Shown here in pieces: positions 54,071-64,000 of a stretch of 64,000 nt of DNA. The stretch's first letter is position 1; each line of letters begins with the position of its first letter. The notes beneath the pieces were generated by a model that saw only the letters and a program-made list of their open reading frames with translations, was not told where the DNA came from and made no database searches. The position numbers were made by a program, and so were the translations under genes. Source of the DNA: an uncultured Clostridium sp. (GTDB lineage: Bacteria; Bacillota; Clostridia; Clostridiales; Clostridiaceae); assembly GCF_900769625.1 (NCBI RefSeq), contig NZ_CAAGHK010000087.1:82418-146417 (forward strand), given 5' to 3'.

Positions 54071-54715
54071 TTACCTCCTCTTAGTTACTGCTATTCCATC
54101 TCCCATTGGTATAACTGATGTAATTAAATTTTCATCCTGTGTAACTAAATCTAAATATGTTCTCATTCTTTTTACTATTGTTATTTTTCTTCTCTTTACT
54201 AATTCCTGTGATGCAACCATCCCTCTGAAAAGAACATTATCTGCTACAATAACACCATCTTCCTGTAATAATCTTAAACAGTGTGGTAAGAAGTGATTAT
54301 AATGTCCTTTTCCAGCATCCATGAATATAAGATCAAATTTATCATCTAATCTTTCAAGCACTTCAAGACAGTCTCCCTCTTCTATCTTAATTTTATCCGT
54401 AAGATTGAATCTTTCTAAATTTACTTTAGCCAGTTCTATCATTCTTTCATCACGTTCAATTGTTACGATATCAGGTTCTGTTCCTGCACTTTCATACATA
54501 AGTATTGATGAAAATCCTACTGCTGTCCCAAGTTCAAGTATCTTTTTAGGTCTTTTCATGCTTGTCATAAACTCTAAAAATACACCTGCTTCAGGCTGAA
54601 CTATAGGAACTCCGTTTTCCCTTGCAAAGTCTTCTATTTCTTTTAATGTTCCAGTTCTTTCAGGAATCAATCCTCTTATATAGTCTTCCATATAATCATA
54701 TGTAATTTTGCTCAA
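54071..54715 (-). CDS. trmR: O-methyltransferase (TrmR/YrrM-like)
   Basis: ELGTAVGFS, FDLIFMDAGKG, DNVLFRG, GDG; mltG-trmR-trhP order; TTG start after SD. Confidence 0.82.
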   Translation of the reverse strand: MSKITYDYMEDYIRGLIPERTGTLKEIEDFARENGVPIVQPEAGVFLEFMTSMKRPKKILELGTAVGFSSILMYESAGTEPDIVTIERDERMIELAKVNLERFNLTDKIKIEEGDCLEVLERLDDKFDLIFMDAGKGHYNHFLPHCLRLLQEDGVIVADNVLFRGMVASQELVKRRKITIVKRMRTYLDLVTQDENLITSVIPMGDGIAVTKRR

Positions 54716-54732
54716 TTTTCTCTCCTCCAAAA

Positions 54733-55749
54733 CTAGTATCCTAATTCTTTCTTTTTAGTTAAAAAATCATCATAGCTGTCAGTAAAATAATGTGTTCCAT
54801 CTTTCTGCAATATATAATATAAATAATCCGTCTTTGCTGGAAGCAGAGCCGCTTTAATACATTCAATTCCCGGACTTGCTATTGGTCCTAGAGGTAAGCC
54901 TGAATATTTATATGTATTATATGGAGAATCAACTTCAAGATGTTTGTTATATACTACGTCAACATGTTCTCCTAATGCATATAGTACAGTTGCATCTAAC
55001 TGAAGCTTCATTTCCTTATCAAGTCTATTATAAATTACAGATGATATCAATGGCCTATCAACATCTGCACTTGCTTCTTTTTCTATCATAGATGCAATAG
55101 TAATCAGCTTATCAATATCCCTATAATTTATTGTGATGCCAGTTTCACGTTCTATTTCATCAATGACTTTATCAAATCTTTCGAGCATTTTATCTATTAT
55201 ATTATTTGCACTTGTTCCCTTTTCTATTAAATATGTATCAGGATATAAAAACCCTTCTAAATTATATCTTCTTTTTTCATTAACTTCAATAAAGTCGGGT
55301 AAATTATGATTTTTAACTGATTCTATAAACTCTTCTTTTCCACATAAGCCTTTATCTTCCATGAGCTGTGCTATTTCTTCTACAGAATAACCTTCAGGAA
55401 CTGTTATTTTTACCATACTTACGTTATTTGAATCGTCTTGAAGATCCTTTAGAAGTTCATTAAGAGTGACATCACTATTGATTTCATATATTCCTTCTTT
55501 TAAAGTAACAGGCTGTTTATCCATACTTAATTTAACCTTAATTAAAAGCTTATTATTTAATATTCCCTGTTCATCCAGTCTGTTTAAAACATCGTATAAT
55601 CCATCACCATTTTTTACTTCAATTGATACCATTTTTTCATTAGTTTTTAAGGGTTTACTTATTACATTATTATACATAATTATAAATCCTATCAAAAATA
55701 CTGACAGACTAATTAATGCCACTCTTTTCATTTTTATATTTATTTTCAT
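54733..55749 (-). CDS. mltG: Endolytic transglycosylase MltG
   Basis: TVPEG, LEGFLYPDTY, ASMIEKE, V.YNRL, LQLDATV.Y, SPYNTY..GLP.GPI. Confidence 0.95.
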   Translation of the reverse strand: MKINIKMKRVALISLSVFLIGFIIMYNNVISKPLKTNEKMVSIEVKNGDGLYDVLNRLDEQGILNNKLLIKVKLSMDKQPVTLKEGIYEINSDVTLNELLKDLQDDSNNVSMVKITVPEGYSVEEIAQLMEDKGLCGKEEFIESVKNHNLPDFIEVNEKRRYNLEGFLYPDTYLIEKGTSANNIIDKMLERFDKVIDEIERETGITINYRDIDKLITIASMIEKEASADVDRPLISSVIYNRLDKEMKLQLDATVLYALGEHVDVVYNKHLEVDSPYNTYKYSGLPLGPIASPGIECIKAALLPAKTDYLYYILQKDGTHYFTDSYDDFLTKKKELGY

Positions 55750-55769
55750 AAAAATTCTCCTATATGCAA

Positions 55770-55802
55770 TAAAGTAAATAGCCTAAAAGACTATTTACTT
55801 TA
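55770..55802 (-). terminator. Terminator after typA
   Basis: taaagtaaatag.ct / ag.ctatttacttta. Confidence 0.65.
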
Positions 55803-55840
55803 ATTATAGTTATTAAATTATATATTTGAAATCAAAAAAA

Positions 55841-57667
55841 TTACTTTTTGCTTCTGCTGATCATTCTTCTTCTTTCAGCAGGATCTAAAACTCTTTTTCT
55901 CATTCTTATATTTTCTGGTGTAACTTCAACTAATTCATCAGAATTTATGAAGTCTAAGCATTGTTCTAATGTCATTTCTAGTGGTGGAGTTAGTTTTAAT
56001 GCTTCATCAGCACCAGATGATCTTGTATTGGTAAGTTTCTTACCTTTGCAGACATTTATATCTATATCTTCTGCTCTTGAACATACACCAACAACCATTC
56101 CTGTATAAACTGGTACACCAGCTCCTATAAATAATTGTCCTTTATCTTGAGCATTATATAATCCGTAAGTTATTGAATCACCTGATTCAAATGCAACTAT
56201 TGAACCTCTGTTTCTTGTTGGGATTTCACCTTTATATGGTTCATATCCTTCAAATACGTGGTTCATGATTCCGTTACCCTTAGTATCAGTCATAAATTCA
56301 TTTCTGAATCCTATAAGACCTCTTGCAGGAATCTTGAATTCTAATCTTGTATATCCGTTAACTGCTGATGTCATATTAACCATTTCAGCTTTTCTTGGCC
56401 CAAGCTTCTCCATAACAGGCCCCATAAATTCTTCTGGAACGTCTATTGTTAAGTATTCGATTGGCTCTAATTTATGACCATTTTCTTCTTTGAATATAAC
56501 ACTTGCTTTTGAAACTTGGAATTCATATCCTTCTCTTCTCATTGTTTCGATTAATACTGAAAGATGAAGTTCTCCTCTTCCTGAAACTTCAAAACAATCT
56601 GGAGTTATTTCTTTAACTCTTAAACTTACGTTTGTTTCAAGTTCTTTCATTAATCTATCTCTTAAATGTCTTGATGTTACGAATTCTCCTTCTTTACCTG
56701 CAAATGGTGAATCATTAACCATAAAGTTCATGTTAAGAGTTGGTTCATCAATATGTACAAATGGTAATGCTTCTGGAGCACTTGAATCTGCAATTGTTTC
56801 ACCTATATTAGCATCAAGAACACCACTTACTGCTACTATATCTCCCATTCCTGCTTCTTCAACTTCTACTCTCTTTAATCCATCATAAGTAAATACTGCA
56901 GTAATTTTGTAGTTTGCTGTACTTCCATCATTTCTTACTAAAGAAACACTTTGATTTCTCTTAACTTTACCTCTGTGAATCTTACCTATAGCAATTTTTC
57001 CAACGAATGCATTTGTATCTAAAGTAGTTACTAGCATTTGGAATGGCTCATCCATATATCCTTCTGGTGGTGCAACATGCTTTAAAATTGTTTCAAATAT
57101 AGGAGTCATATCTGTATTTGTATCTTCAACATTATATCTTGCAAATCCTTCTCTAGCTGAAGCATAAACTATTGGGAAGTCTAATTGTTCATCATTAGCT
57201 CCAAGTTCAACGAATAAGTCGAATACTTCATCGATTACTTCAGCTGGTCTTGCATCAGGTTTATCTATCTTATTGATTATAACGATTGGTCTTAATCCTA
57301 ATTCTAATGATTTCTTAAGAACGAATTTAGTCTGTGGCATTGGACCTTCATAAGAGTCAACTACTAGTAAAACCGAGTCAACCATCTTAAGTACACGTTC
57401 AACTTCTCCACCGAAATCAGCATGTCCTGGAGTATCAACTATGTTTATTTTAACTCCATCGTGTATTACTGCTGTATTCTTTGACAGGATTGTAATTCCT
57501 CTTTCTTTTTCTAAATCATTAGAGTCCATTACTCTTTCTTGAACTTTTTCATTGCTTCTGAAAATATTACTCTGCTTTAATAATGCATCAACTAATGTAG
57601 TCTTACCATGGTCAACGTGAGCTATGATAGCAATATTTCTAATATCTTCTCTTTTCATTAATTCCAT
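55841..57667 (-). CDS. typA: Translational GTPase TypA/BipA
   Basis: [40 protein letters not shown]. Confidence 0.98.
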   Translation of the reverse strand: MELMKREDIRNIAIIAHVDHGKTTLVDALLKQSNIFRSNEKVQERVMDSNDLEKERGITILSKNTAVIHDGVKINIVDTPGHADFGGEVERVLKMVDSVLLVVDSYEGPMPQTKFVLKKSLELGLRPIVIINKIDKPDARPAEVIDEVFDLFVELGANDEQLDFPIVYASAREGFARYNVEDTNTDMTPIFETILKHVAPPEGYMDEPFQMLVTTLDTNAFVGKIAIGKIHRGKVKRNQSVSLVRNDGSTANYKITAVFTYDGLKRVEVEEAGMGDIVAVSGVLDANIGETIADSSAPEALPFVHIDEPTLNMNFMVNDSPFAGKEGEFVTSRHLRDRLMKELETNVSLRVKEITPDCFEVSGRGELHLSVLIETMRREGYEFQVSKASVIFKEENGHKLEPIEYLTIDVPEEFMGPVMEKLGPRKAEMVNMTSAVNGYTRLEFKIPARGLIGFRNEFMTDTKGNGIMNHVFEGYEPYKGEIPTRNRGSIVAFESGDSITYGLYNAQDKGQLFIGAGVPVYTGMVVGVCSRAEDIDINVCKGKKLTNTRSSGADEALKLTPPLEMTLEQCLDFINSDELVEVTPENIRMRKRVLDPAERRRMISRSKK

Positions 57668-57789
57668 TTTAATTCCTCCAAACAGTACTTATACTGTGAA
57701 TTTTCTATCTATTAGTTTATATCTATACTCATTCATAAACAAGTAAAAATAAAAGTATATCTTGTAAATAAGTTCTTAAAAAACTTATA

Positions 57790-57845
57790 ATTTAACATCC
57801 ATACAAATATCTTAATAATTGAACATTCATACAAATATCTTAATA
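57790..57845. repeat. 28-bp tandem duplication (26/28 identical) upstream of typA
   Basis: atttaacatccatacaaatatcttaata / attgaacattcatacaaatatcttaata. Confidence 0.85.
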
Positions 57846-57902
57846 TATAAACATAAATAATCCTGTTATTATGCAAATGTAAACCTATAATTGTTTTTTT
57901 CC

Positions 57903-57937
57903 AAAAGAAAATTGGATACACAAAGTACCCAATTCCC
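57903..57937 (-). terminator. Terminator-like hairpin between rnj and typA
   Basis: GGGAATTGGGTAC-tttgt-GTATCCAATTTTC followed by TTTT. Confidence 0.65.
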
Positions 57938-57953
57938 TACGTAACTATATTAA

Positions 57954-57982
57954 ATAATACTCTTTTCATCATAAAAAGTCAA
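57954..57982 (-). promoter_or_regulatory. Sigma-A promoter upstream of typA
   Basis: TTGACT-N17-TATTAT. Confidence 0.6.
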
Positions 57983-58015
57983 GCATATTCAAATTAATGC
58001 CATTATAATTTATAA

Positions 58016-59683
58016 TTAAAATTCCATTATTATTGGTAATATCATTGGCTTTCTCTTAGTCTTTTCATAAAGGAATTCTCTAAGTTCATCCCTCATCTTA
58101 GACTTAAGTGTTGCCCAGTCAGTTATCTGTCTTTCTTCACAGTCTTTTAAAACATTTCTCACAATTTCTCTCGCTTCATCCATAAGTCCTTCAGATTCTC
58201 TTACATAAACGAATCCTCTAGATATTATATCTGGTCCTGATACAACTTTTCCAGTCTGTTTTTCTATTGTAACAACAACTGTAAGTATACCATCTTGAGA
58301 TAAATGTTTTCTATCCCTTAAGACTATGTTTCCAACATCTCCCACACCTAGTCCATCAACAAAGACTTGACCCGAAGTTACACTGCCATTTTTCTTAATG
58401 TAATTACGAGTCACTTCGATTACATCACCATTTTCACATACAACTAAATTCTTTTCTGGAAGCCCAAGCTCCATAGCTAATTCACCATGTTTCTTAAGAT
58501 GTCTGTATTCTCCATGCACTGGAATAAAGAATCTAGGTTTTACTAAAGCATGCATAAGTTTTAACTCTTCCTGGCAGGCATGACCAGAAACATGAATCTT
58601 TTCAATTGAATCATATATCACTTCTGCACCTTTTTTAAATAACTGATTTATAACTTTTGAAACAAATTTTTCATTGCCAGGAATTGGTGTTGCTGAAATT
58701 ATAACAGTATCTCCAGGAACTACAGTAATTTTTCTATGTTCTGAAGCTGCCATTCTTGCAAGTGCTGACATTGGTTCTCCCTGACTTCCAGTTGTGATGA
58801 TAACCATTTTGTCATTGGGATACTTACCTATTTGATCAATAGGTACTAATACATCATTTTCAGCTTCCAGGTATCCTAACTCAATAGCTACCTGTACAAT
58901 ATTTTCCATACTTCTTCCCGACACAGAAACTTTTTTATCAAATTTTTGTGCAGAAGAAATTATCTGCTGAATTCTATGAACATTAGATGCAAAAGTTGCT
59001 ACAATAATTCTTCCACTAGCCTTTGCAAATAATCTGTCAAATGTTTCTCCAACAACCTTTTCTGTCATAGTATATCCTGGTCTTTCAACATTAGTTGAAT
59101 CTGCCATCATAACTAAGACACCTTTTCTTCCTATTTCAGCCAATCGTGCAAAATCCATCATTTCTCCATCTATAGGAGTATAATCAATCTTAAAATCTCC
59201 TGTATGAAGTACCACACCAAGAGGAGTATGAATTGCTATTGCTACTGAATCAGCTATTGAGTGGTTAGTTTTAATAAATTCAACAGACACACTGTCTAAT
59301 TTTATTATATCCTTAGGCTTCACTCTTACTAATTCTGTTGAACCTAATAAACCGTGCTCTTTAAGTTTTGTTTCAACTATTCCAAGAGTAAGCTTTGTAC
59401 CATATACTGGAACATTTAATTGCTTTAATACATAAGGCAATGCTCCTATATGGTCCTCATGTCCATGAGTTAAAAATATTCCTTTTATTTTTTCCGAATT
59501 CTTAAGAAGATATGAAATATCAGGTATTACTATATCTATTCCAAACATATCGTCATCAGGAAACTTCAAACCACAGTCTATGATTACTATATCTTCTTTA
59601 TATTCTATAGCTGTGATGTTTTTCCCAATTTCATTTATACCGCCAAGAGGAATTATCTTAATCTTCGCTCTTTCATTTTTCAT
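58016..59683 (-). CDS. rnj: Ribonuclease J
   Basis: PLGG..EIGKN, THGHEDHIG, HSIAD, TGSQGEPM, HVSGH, PVHGE. Confidence 0.97.
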   Translation of the reverse strand: MKNERAKIKIIPLGGINEIGKNITAIEYKEDIVIIDCGLKFPDDDMFGIDIVIPDISYLLKNSEKIKGIFLTHGHEDHIGALPYVLKQLNVPVYGTKLTLGIVETKLKEHGLLGSTELVRVKPKDIIKLDSVSVEFIKTNHSIADSVAIAIHTPLGVVLHTGDFKIDYTPIDGEMMDFARLAEIGRKGVLVMMADSTNVERPGYTMTEKVVGETFDRLFAKASGRIIVATFASNVHRIQQIISSAQKFDKKVSVSGRSMENIVQVAIELGYLEAENDVLVPIDQIGKYPNDKMVIITTGSQGEPMSALARMAASEHRKITVVPGDTVIISATPIPGNEKFVSKVINQLFKKGAEVIYDSIEKIHVSGHACQEELKLMHALVKPRFFIPVHGEYRHLKKHGELAMELGLPEKNLVVCENGDVIEVTRNYIKKNGSVTSGQVFVDGLGVGDVGNIVLRDRKHLSQDGILTVVVTIEKQTGKVVSGPDIISRGFVYVRESEGLMDEAREIVRNVLKDCEERQITDWATLKSKMRDELREFLYEKTKRKPMILPIIMEF

Positions 59684-59746
59684 ATTTCCCCTCCTTTTTC
59701 TCTATTTTATTTATAAACAAAGGTTCCTTTTCTTATAAAAGTCCTT

Positions 59747-60211
59747 TTATTCATCATGTTTTTTATTCTGACACTCTTCACATATTCCATAAAATTTAAC
59801 ACTGTGATCTAATATCTTGAATTTGTAGTTGTTTTCTATATTACTTTCAAGTTCTTCTAATAGATCATCTTGGACTTCCATAACCTTATGGCATATATTA
59901 CAAATTAAATGATGATGTCTGTGAGTTTCATCAGAATGCACAATTTCATATCTGCTGCATCCATCATTTAAATCAAGTCTGGATATAACATTTAATTCTT
60001 CAAGAAGGAGAATAGTTCTATAAACTGTTGCCAGACCTATTTCTGGACAATCTCTTTTTACTTCATCATATATTTCTTCTGCTGTTAAATGTTTACCTTC
60101 ATTTTTTATTATTGTGTCAACAATTGATCTTCTCTGCGGAGTTAATTTATAACCCTTTTTCTTAAGATCTTCTTTTAAGGCATTTATATCAATTAAATCT
60201 GATTCCTGCAT
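59747..60211 (-). CDS. fur: Fur-family transcriptional regulator
   Basis: TPQR, HLTAEE, GLATVYR, HHHLIC..C, C..C. Confidence 0.88.
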   Translation of the reverse strand: MQESDLIDINALKEDLKKKGYKLTPQRRSIVDTIIKNEGKHLTAEEIYDEVKRDCPEIGLATVYRTILLLEELNVISRLDLNDGCSRYEIVHSDETHRHHHLICNICHKVMEVQDDLLEELESNIENNYKFKILDHSVKFYGICEECQNKKHDE

Positions 60212-60276
60212 TGTAACTGTAACACCTCACTTTCTCATTTTAAACAGATTTCATAGAATAATTAATGTTAATTTAA

Positions 60277-60555
60277 TTATTCTTCAAATAATCCATCTTC
60301 ATCCATTAAAGTATTATAAGTTTCTAAAACCATTTCAAATTCATCATCATCATCTTCTAAAGCTAAGAAGATTTCACTTCCATCTTCTTCTTTAAATATT
60401 TTAAATGCATACGCTTCATCAGTATCTTCAAAAGCAGGTGTTGCAATTACATATTGTCCTTTTAATTTTTCAATTTCGAAGTATATAATAACCTCAAATT
60501 TCACATCATTTCCATTTTCATCTGGTATATATACGTATTTTGCGTCTTTATCCAT
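60277..60555 (-). CDS. DUF1292 (YrzB-like) acidic protein
   Basis: DENG...FE, acidic; third gene of the reoM-ruvX-yrzB cluster. Confidence 0.8.
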   Translation of the reverse strand: MDKDAKYVYIPDENGNDVKFEVIIYFEIEKLKGQYVIATPAFEDTDEAYAFKIFKEEDGSEIFLALEDDDDEFEMVLETYNTLMDEDGLFEE

Positions 60556-60809
60556 AACTATTTTCCTTTCTTCCTCTAACTTATATATTAATTCTCTTCA
60601 CAACTTTCATCAAGATATTATTTCCAAATTTAATTTAAAAATCTATTTATTTTCTTAATACTTATAAAAAAATTGTATTTATATATCTCTATATGTTCTA
60701 ATAAATAGCTTATATAGTAATTAAAAAATCCTCTAATTATTTTCACCAAAATTGTTAATTATCCAATGTGAATTGTTAATTGGAATATATATAATAATAT
60801 ATTGTAAAA

Positions 60810-61232
60810 TTACATCTGTCTAGATATCATATCAAGATATCCTTGTAATATGTAAGTTGATGCTACTTTATCAACTATTTTTTTGCGCTTGCTTCTTGAT
60901 AAGTCAGCTTCAAGCATAGCTTTGTGTGCTGCTACTGTTGTTAAGCGTTCATCCCAGAACTTAACTTCTATTTTAAATTCTTCTTCTAAAAGCTTTCCGA
61001 ATGCCATTGCTAGTTCACCTGATGGACCTATTGTTCCATTCATATTTTTTGGCAGTCCGATAACTATAGTTTCTACTTTATAGTCATCACATATTCTTCT
61101 TAAATCTTCTATATCTTTTTCTTTATTACTTCTTCTTATTGTTGTAAGACCTTGAGCTGTAAAACCTAATGGATCACTTATTGCAACCCCAATCGTTTTC
61201 TGTCCCAAGTCCAAACCAAGTATTCTTTTCAA
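60810..61232 (-). CDS. ruvX: YqgF/RuvX family pre-16S rRNA nuclease
   Basis: [40 protein letters not shown] start after GAGG. Confidence 0.95.
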   Translation of the reverse strand: MKRILGLDLGQKTIGVAISDPLGFTAQGLTTIRRSNKEKDIEDLRRICDDYKVETIVIGLPKNMNGTIGPSGELAMAFGKLLEEEFKIEVKFWDERLTTVAAHKAMLEADLSRSKRKKIVDKVASTYILQGYLDMISRQM

Positions 61233-61245
61233 ATCTGCACCTCTT

Positions 61246-61281
61246 AAAAAATAAGAGTGCCCGTATTTAACGGGCACTCTT
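61246..61281 (-). terminator. Strong hairpin plus T-run between reoM and ruvX
   Basis: aagagtgcccgt-5nt-acgggcactctt, then ATTTTTT. Confidence 0.7.
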
Positions 61282-61539
61282 CTACTTTATCTCTAAATAA
61301 GATTTTATTACTTCTTCTAGTATGTCATCTCTTTCGAGTTTTCTTACTAAAGCCCTTGCTCCGTTGTAATTAGTGATGTAAGTAGGGTCTCCTGAAATCA
61401 AATATCCAACTAATTGATTTATAGGATTATATCCTTTTTCCTGTAATGAATTATAAACCTCTGATAATATAGACTTTGTAAGAGCTTCTTTATTCTTACT
61501 TAAATCAAACTGCATTGTTGCTTCAATATTATTACTCAT
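61282..61539 (-). CDS. reoM: ReoM/IreB family regulatory phosphoprotein
   Basis: EATMQF (phospho-Thr site), [27 protein letters not shown]. Confidence 0.93.
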   Translation of the reverse strand: MSNNIEATMQFDLSKNKEALTKSILSEVYNSLQEKGYNPINQLVGYLISGDPTYITNYNGARALVRKLERDDILEEVIKSYLEIK

Positions 61540-61677
61540 AACGCGCTGCTAAACTGCAGCTCACCCCCTTACGTATATTCTAAGGAAACCATATCCATTA
61601 TTTATTATTAACCTTGTAATAAAATTTATACACTGAATCTTTACTTAGATTATACTCTAATTTGAATAAAAAGTATA

Positions 61678-63999
61678 CTATTTTGCTAAAGTTTCAACTA
61701 TTTTATAAGATTCTTGGATAGCGTCGTTGATTTTTTCTGGAAGCTTACCACCGGCTTGAGCCATGTCTGGTCTTCCTCCTCCGCCTCCGCCAAGGATTGC
61801 AGAAACTTCTTTAATAAGTTTACCACAATGAGCTCCTTTTGCTACTGCCTCTTTACCTGCCATAGCACAGATTATAACCTTACCATTATTTTCGCTCATA
61901 AGTAAAACTATGCTGTTTTCAACTTTATCTCTTACTTTTTCGCAGACATCTCTTAAAGTATCGCTGTCAACATCTTTTAATTCATAAGAAATAACATTGA
62001 TTCCTTTTACTTCTTTAGCACTTGCGATTACATCATCTAATCCCATAGTTGCAAATTTAGCCTTTAATGCTGCAATTTCTTTTTCTTTTTCTTTTATTTC
62101 TTTTAAATTCTGTTCAATCTTAGATGCAATTTCTTTTTGTGAACATTTTAATTTTCCACATGCTTCTTTAAGAAGTTCTTCTTTTTCATTTACAAACTTA
62201 ACAGCTTCTATTCCTGTTACAGCTTCTATTCTTCTTGTACCAGCAGCTATTCCGCTTTCAGATACTATTTTGAATAATCCTATTTTACCAGTGTTATCGA
62301 TGTGAGTACCACCACATAATTCTTTTGAATATTCTCCAGCAGATACTACTCTTACACTGTTGCCATACTTATCATCGAAAATACCTATTGCTCCGCTGTT
62401 TTTAGCATCATTTAAGTTCATTACTTCTGTAACAACTGGTGTAACACTTGTTATAGCTTCATTTACTAATTCTTCAACTTTTAATATTTCATCTTCAGTC
62501 AATCCTTCAAAGTGAGAGAAGTCAAATCTAAGTCTTTCATCAGTAACTAATGAACCTGCTTGATGTACGTGTGAACCAAGAACTTTCTTTAATGCAGTAT
62601 CTAAAAGATGTGTTGCTGTATGGTTCTTTTTAATTCTTTCACGTCTTGCTTTATCTACTTCTAAAGTAACAGTATCATTAACTCTTACTTCACCAGATAA
62701 TACTTCTACAAAATGAACTATCTTTCCGCCAATATTCTTCTTAGTGTCTACAACTTTTGCTTTAAAGCTGTCGTTGTATATAAGTCCAGTATCTCCAATC
62801 TGTCCACCCATTTCAGCATAGAATGGAGTCACATCTGTAACTAGTATACCCTTATTTCCTTCAGTTAATGAATCTGCAAATTCTTCACCATCGATTAGCA
62901 CTTCAACTTTCCCTTTTAATTCATCATTCTTGTATCCGTCGAATTCTGTTTCAACTTCTGCACTTATAGCATCAGAAGTCTTAACATCAGCTCCCATGTA
63001 GTTTGAAACTTTTCTTGCGCTTCTAGCTCTTTCTCTTTGAATCTTCATTTCTTCATGGAATGCATCTTCATCTAAAGAGAATCCTTCATCTTCTAATATT
63101 TCTTTTGTAAGTTCCATTGGGAATCCAAAAGTATCATATAATTTGAATCCATCAGCACCGTTAAGAACTTTTTCGTTCTTTTCTTTTAATTCATTTATAA
63201 ATCCATTTAATATTTCAATACCAGCATCTAAAGTTTCTCTGAATTTATCTTCTTCAATTTTGATTACTTTCTTGATATATTCCTTCTTAGTTTCTAATTC
63301 TGGATATGCATCTTTTGAATCTCTGATAACAACATCACATAAGTTGCAAAGGAATGCATCTTTGATTCCTAAAGTCTTTCCATGTCTTGCTGCTCTTCTA
63401 AGAAGTCTTCTTAAAACATATCCTCTTCCTTCATTTGATGGCATTATGTCATCAGAAATCATGAATGTTATAGATCTGATATGGTCAGTGATTAATCTTA
63501 ATGATATATCAGTCTTATGGTTATCACCATATTTAACACCAGAAAGCCTTGCAACTTCATTTAATATATTTTCTAATGTATCTATTTCGAAAATACTATT
63601 CTTGCCCTGCATTACAACTGCAAGTCTTTCAAGACCCATTCCTGTATCTATGTTAGTGCTTGCAAGTTTTTCATAGTTACCTTTTCCATCACCATCAAAC
63701 TGAGTAAATACAAGGTTCCATACTTCTATAATCTTATCAGCATCTGATAATTCAACAAATTCATCAGCATTTGCTGGAACTTCATCTGTTCTGCTGAAGT
63801 GTATTTCTGTACAAGGACCACAAGGACCAGCTCCATGTTCCCAGAAGTTATCTTCTTTTCCTAATCTGAAGATATGGCTCTTATCTACATCGGTAAGAGT
63901 AGTCCAGTATTCATAAGCTTCATCATCATCTAAATATATTGTTACATATAACTTTTCCTTTGGCATTTCTAAAACTTCTGTTAAGAATTCCCACGCCCA
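61678..63999 (-). CDS. alaS: Alanine--tRNA ligase (5' end outside window)
   Basis: [48 protein letters not shown]. Confidence 0.98.
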   Translation of the reverse strand, partial: WAWEFLTEVLEMPKEKLYVTIYLDDDEAYEYWTTLTDVDKSHIFRLGKEDNFWEHGAGPCGPCTEIHFSRTDEVPANADEFVELSDADKIIEVWNLVFTQFDGDGKGNYEKLASTNIDTGMGLERLAVVMQGKNSIFEIDTLENILNEVARLSGVKYGDNHKTDISLRLITDHIRSITFMISDDIMPSNEGRGYVLRRLLRRAARHGKTLGIKDAFLCNLCDVVIRDSKDAYPELETKKEYIKKVIKIEEDKFRETLDAGIEILNGFINELKEKNEKVLNGADGFKLYDTFGFPMELTKEILEDEGFSLDEDAFHEEMKIQRERARSARKVSNYMGADVKTSDAISAEVETEFDGYKNDELKGKVEVLIDGEEFADSLTEGNKGILVTDVTPFYAEMGGQIGDTGLIYNDSFKAKVVDTKKNIGGKIVHFVEVLSGEVRVNDTVTLEVDKARRERIKKNHTATHLLDTALKKVLGSHVHQAGSLVTDERLRFDFSHFEGLTEDEILKVEELVNEAITSVTPVVTEVMNLNDAKNSGAIGIFDDKYGNSVRVVSAGEYSKELCGGTHIDNTGKIGLFKIVSESGIAAGTRRIEAVTGIEAVKFVNEKEELLKEACGKLKCSQKEIASKIEQNLKEIKEKEKEIAALKAKFATMGLDDVIASAKEVKGINVISYELKDVDSDTLRDVCEKVRDKVENSIVLLMSENNGKVIICAMAGKEAVAKGAHCGKLIKEVSAILGGGGGGRPDMAQAGGKLPEKINDAIQESYKIVETLAK

Positions 64000-64000
64000 T

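Noticed and set aside
57790..57845. 28-bp repeats as a possible mini-CRISPR
   Set aside because: Two directly abutting copies, no spacers, no cas genes
2390..63676. Many short plus-strand ORFs in the track (e.g. 12125-12565, 28083-28505, 50930-51355, 63143-63676)
   Set aside because: Antisense shadows of well-conserved minus-strand genes; Ser/Ile/Phe-rich, with no SD or motifs

Overview
Low-GC Clostridium (sensu stricto-like) core chromosome segment, almost entirely minus-strand. Reading along the minus strand it carries: alaS-reoM-ruvX-DUF1292-fur-rnj-typA-mltG-trmR-trhP-PBP-sigK-pilT-ftsAZ-spoIIGA-sigE-sigG-ylmC-nrdR-pgeF-phoPR-pstSCAB-phoU-DUF512-der-gpsA-[ECF sigma/DUF4179 anti-sigma]-spoIVA-[PBECR-like nuclease + structured RNA]-asparaginase-[purine riboswitch + NCS2 permease]-yicC-remA-gmk-rpoZ-coaBC-priA-def-fmt-rsmB-rlmN-stp-prkC-rsgA-rpe-thiN, then asp23-fakA-recG-rsmD-coaD. 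Only rpmB, ylbJ and a partial tmcAL lie on the plus strand. I found no CRISPR array, rRNA, tRNA, prophage or transposase. The best candidate for an undescribed system is a stand-alone Barnase/EndoU/colicin/RelE-like (PBECR-type) nuclease gene (27099-27524). It is followed, within one predicted transcript, by a GC-rich multi-stem RNA with complementary loops and then an intrinsic terminator, suggesting a protein-RNA module. Other notable items are a variant adenine-type purine riboswitch before an uptake permease, a MITE-like insert upstream of ylbJ, a hairpin-bridged Shine-Dalgarno for reoM, an E-to-K change in SigK region 4.2 and a decayed pseudogene near rpmB. All calls come from reading the sequence by eye; no searches were run.
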